Below are positions 61,659 to 64,000 of a stretch of DNA of 64,000 nt, one piece after another. The translations under genes were made by a program, and so were the position numbers. The stretch is taken from positions 1 to 64,000 of the forward strand of contig JYFJ02002401.1 in the NCBI GenBank assembly GCA_000934665.2, written 5' to 3'. The notes below the pieces were generated by a model. That model made no database searches and was not told where the DNA came from. It was given only the letters and a program-made list of their open reading frames with translations. The DNA is from Catajapyx aquilonaris. Its lineage: Eukaryota. Position 1 is the stretch's first letter; each line of letters opens with the position of its first letter.

Positions 61659-63496
61659 GGTGGTGGCCTTTTTTGCGAGTGGTCCCTTCATGGCAATACG
61701 CAAGATGAATGGGACCGCTCTCGATTACTCCCGGAGCCAGCAGCCAAAAAGTTCATTGCAGATGGCCGGATCCATGTTGCAGCGAGCACTCTTCTATAAT
61801 TATATATTAAAAGATGTCGCTCCCCAACCATCCCATCGCCTGTTTTTATAGTTTTGTGGTTGAATGATTGATTGATTGACTGACTGACTGACTCATTATT
61901 GATTGGCGCCATTCCACTCTGCACATCTCTACTGCCACCGGATCCGTCGCCTTCATTGGTGAGTCACCTATTTACTTTGTCTATAATTATACACTGCATT
62001 CAAAAACTCCAAGCAAATTGCTCGGTGTGCAGTGCATGTGTTGAAATAAGCACCACCAGGAGTGGCACCACTGGTAGCGTACACAGGCTGAATTCTCCAG
62101 GGATATTTAGTTTGTAAAATACATGATCAATCACTTCCATGCTATAGTTGCATATAAACTATAACATTTGCATAATCTGCCTTCGATACTGCCTTTGATA
62201 TTCCACTGATCACTGGCCGACCAGTCTTAAGAAGTTCAGAGAGTCATGAACTTATGATCATCAAGTTAGTACAAGCACTACGATGAGGTTGTTATGCTTT
62301 CTATAGCTGCATGTGTGGGAGGATAAATGAGACATCCCAGGCAGCCGTGCATACCCGCATCTACCACAATAGCAGAAGGAGCAGAAGTGCTTTTCCATTA
62401 TATCAATCAGTCCATTAGAAATGGTGTCACCTGAGGCTGATCTGGAGAGGTCGTAGCCATATGCCAGCTATTGTTCATAGGAATAGGTGACGGTCTATTG
62501 GATGGGGAGTCGCTGATTGTTCCAGGCCACTGGTGTCTAAGTAGCTTGACTTGAAATATAATTGGCTAACTTTAAGTGGGGAGAGCCATGCTTTCTTGCG
62601 TGTGGGCGTTTTCGCCTGCCTTTTTCCCGTTTCCTCCATTTGTGAAAACCTAGTAGTACTTAATGAAGTGACAATAAATCAAGTCGGATTATTTTCACAA
62701 AAAGGTTTCCTAAGAATCCACAGGTCTATCACTGGGTATCACATTATTTGTCTGACGACGAAGAAAAAAAAAACACTAGAAGGTGGACATAACGATGAAC
62801 ATTCACAATGAACAACATAATTGAAAATCTATAACTTAGGCAATGTATTATTTATTTGGCTTAATAATTATTATGCCAGTTTTTGCCTAACATGTTATAT
62901 TGAAAGTATATATAGCCCAGTATAATAATTATTGAAGTCATAATATATTCTAACTTCAGAATTTACCCACAATATATTGCTCTGCAGAGCTTGAGTTACA
63001 AGGGCTTTCAGTCTCTCATGTCTAGTTTAAGGAAAGCAGGAGTGAGTACAATCTTGGTACAATGTTGTTACGACAAAGTATGATGCTATTTTTTCCCAAA
63101 CTGCTGGAATAGTAATTACTGTCAGGATATCTGAAAATAGTATATTATGCATTACTTTGAAGTCAGGGAATGCTTTATTATCTGCTAATTTAGAGCTTTT
63201 CATTGTTTGCGTTAGTACAAGAGACACCTCATATAAAAGAAACCCTGTGAAAATGTCAAAATACAAAATTAAGTGGTGTCAATATAAAATATGAAATGCA
63301 TTATCAGATTAAATGCAATAAAGGACGGATCATCGATATTAAGCGGGTCGGATTTCACCATCGAAGATAGATTGGTGACCAAGAAGTTATACTGTTATTA
63401 ATAATTGTTAGTTGAAATTGACTTCATTGTTTCAAACAATAAGCAGAAAGGATCATGAAAACTCTTCAGTCCGCAATCTAGAAATATTTCGGTGGA

Positions 63497-63730
63497 ACAA
63501 TATTGGGCCTATAGAGCAACTTCCCAAAACATGCCATAACACAATCATCTTTGCAACAAGTGTAGTGTCACTTCCCCCAAAACATGTCATAATACAATCA
63601 ATCATCTTAGAAACTAGTTGTGTTACAATATTGGGCAGAGAGCAACTTCCCAAAACTTTCACACAATACAATCATAATTGAAATACATCATAATGCAGTA
63701 CAATCATCTTAGCAACAAGTAGTGTCACTA
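63497..63730. repeat. Degenerate minisatellite
   Basis: Recurring AGAGCAACTTCCCAAAAC, ACAATCATCTT and GCAACAAGT..AGTGTCAC segments. Confidence 0.6.
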
Positions 63731-64000
63731 TAGATCAGTGACACTACTTCTTTCTGAAATCGATTACTGCACGGAGTTACATTACAAGCACAAAAATCAT
63801 GTAAGTTTTGTTTGCATACAATGCAACAGTAACTTACGGTTAGAGTGACGCGATAATTAAGCATAATTTGAGAAAAAAATGCTCATTGATCTAGATCTAG
63901 AATACAATCATTTCAGATGCAGTATGCTACTCTTATGACAAAACAAGTTTCGACATACGTATCGTGATACTATACAAGTATAACCATCAGTACTCAACAA

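Noticed and set aside
61347..61851. Poly-Ile/Met ORFs
   Set aside because: Translations of a trinucleotide microsatellite.

Overview
Eukaryotic genomic DNA, most likely a non-dipteran arthropod: GT-AG introns, arthropod-type Akt C-terminal tail, tRNA-derived SINEs. The species cannot be identified from sequence alone. I reconstructed four apparently intact protein-coding genes and one pseudogene by hand-splicing: (1) an intronless 224-aa PEHE-domain (MSL1-like) ORF at 5927-6601; (2) an intron-retaining, disabled F-box/LRR (FBXL-type) pseudogene at ~7604-11090; (3) a 3-exon minus-strand gene at 13494-16380 encoding a ~706-aa putatively secreted, very acidic protein with EGSG glycosaminoglycan-attachment-like repeats and a long Ala-core heptad region; (4) Akt/PKB, 7 coding exons, 27695-40038, 522 aa; (5) a 7-coding-exon, ~1131-aa Ser/Pro-rich disordered protein of unknown function, 54969-61658. 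Introns and intergenic DNA are dense with non-autonomous DNA transposons (Tc1/mariner, Tigger-, hAT-, piggyBac-, Kolobok- and Sola-like MITEs, plus an Academ remnant), tRNA-SINEs with clear TSDs and microsatellites. There is no CRISPR array, rRNA or convincing tRNA gene. The best candidates for new biology are the acidic coiled-coil secreted protein and the PEHE-only MSL1-like gene, which is followed by a 7x tandem poly(A)-signal array directly upstream of the dead FBXL gene.
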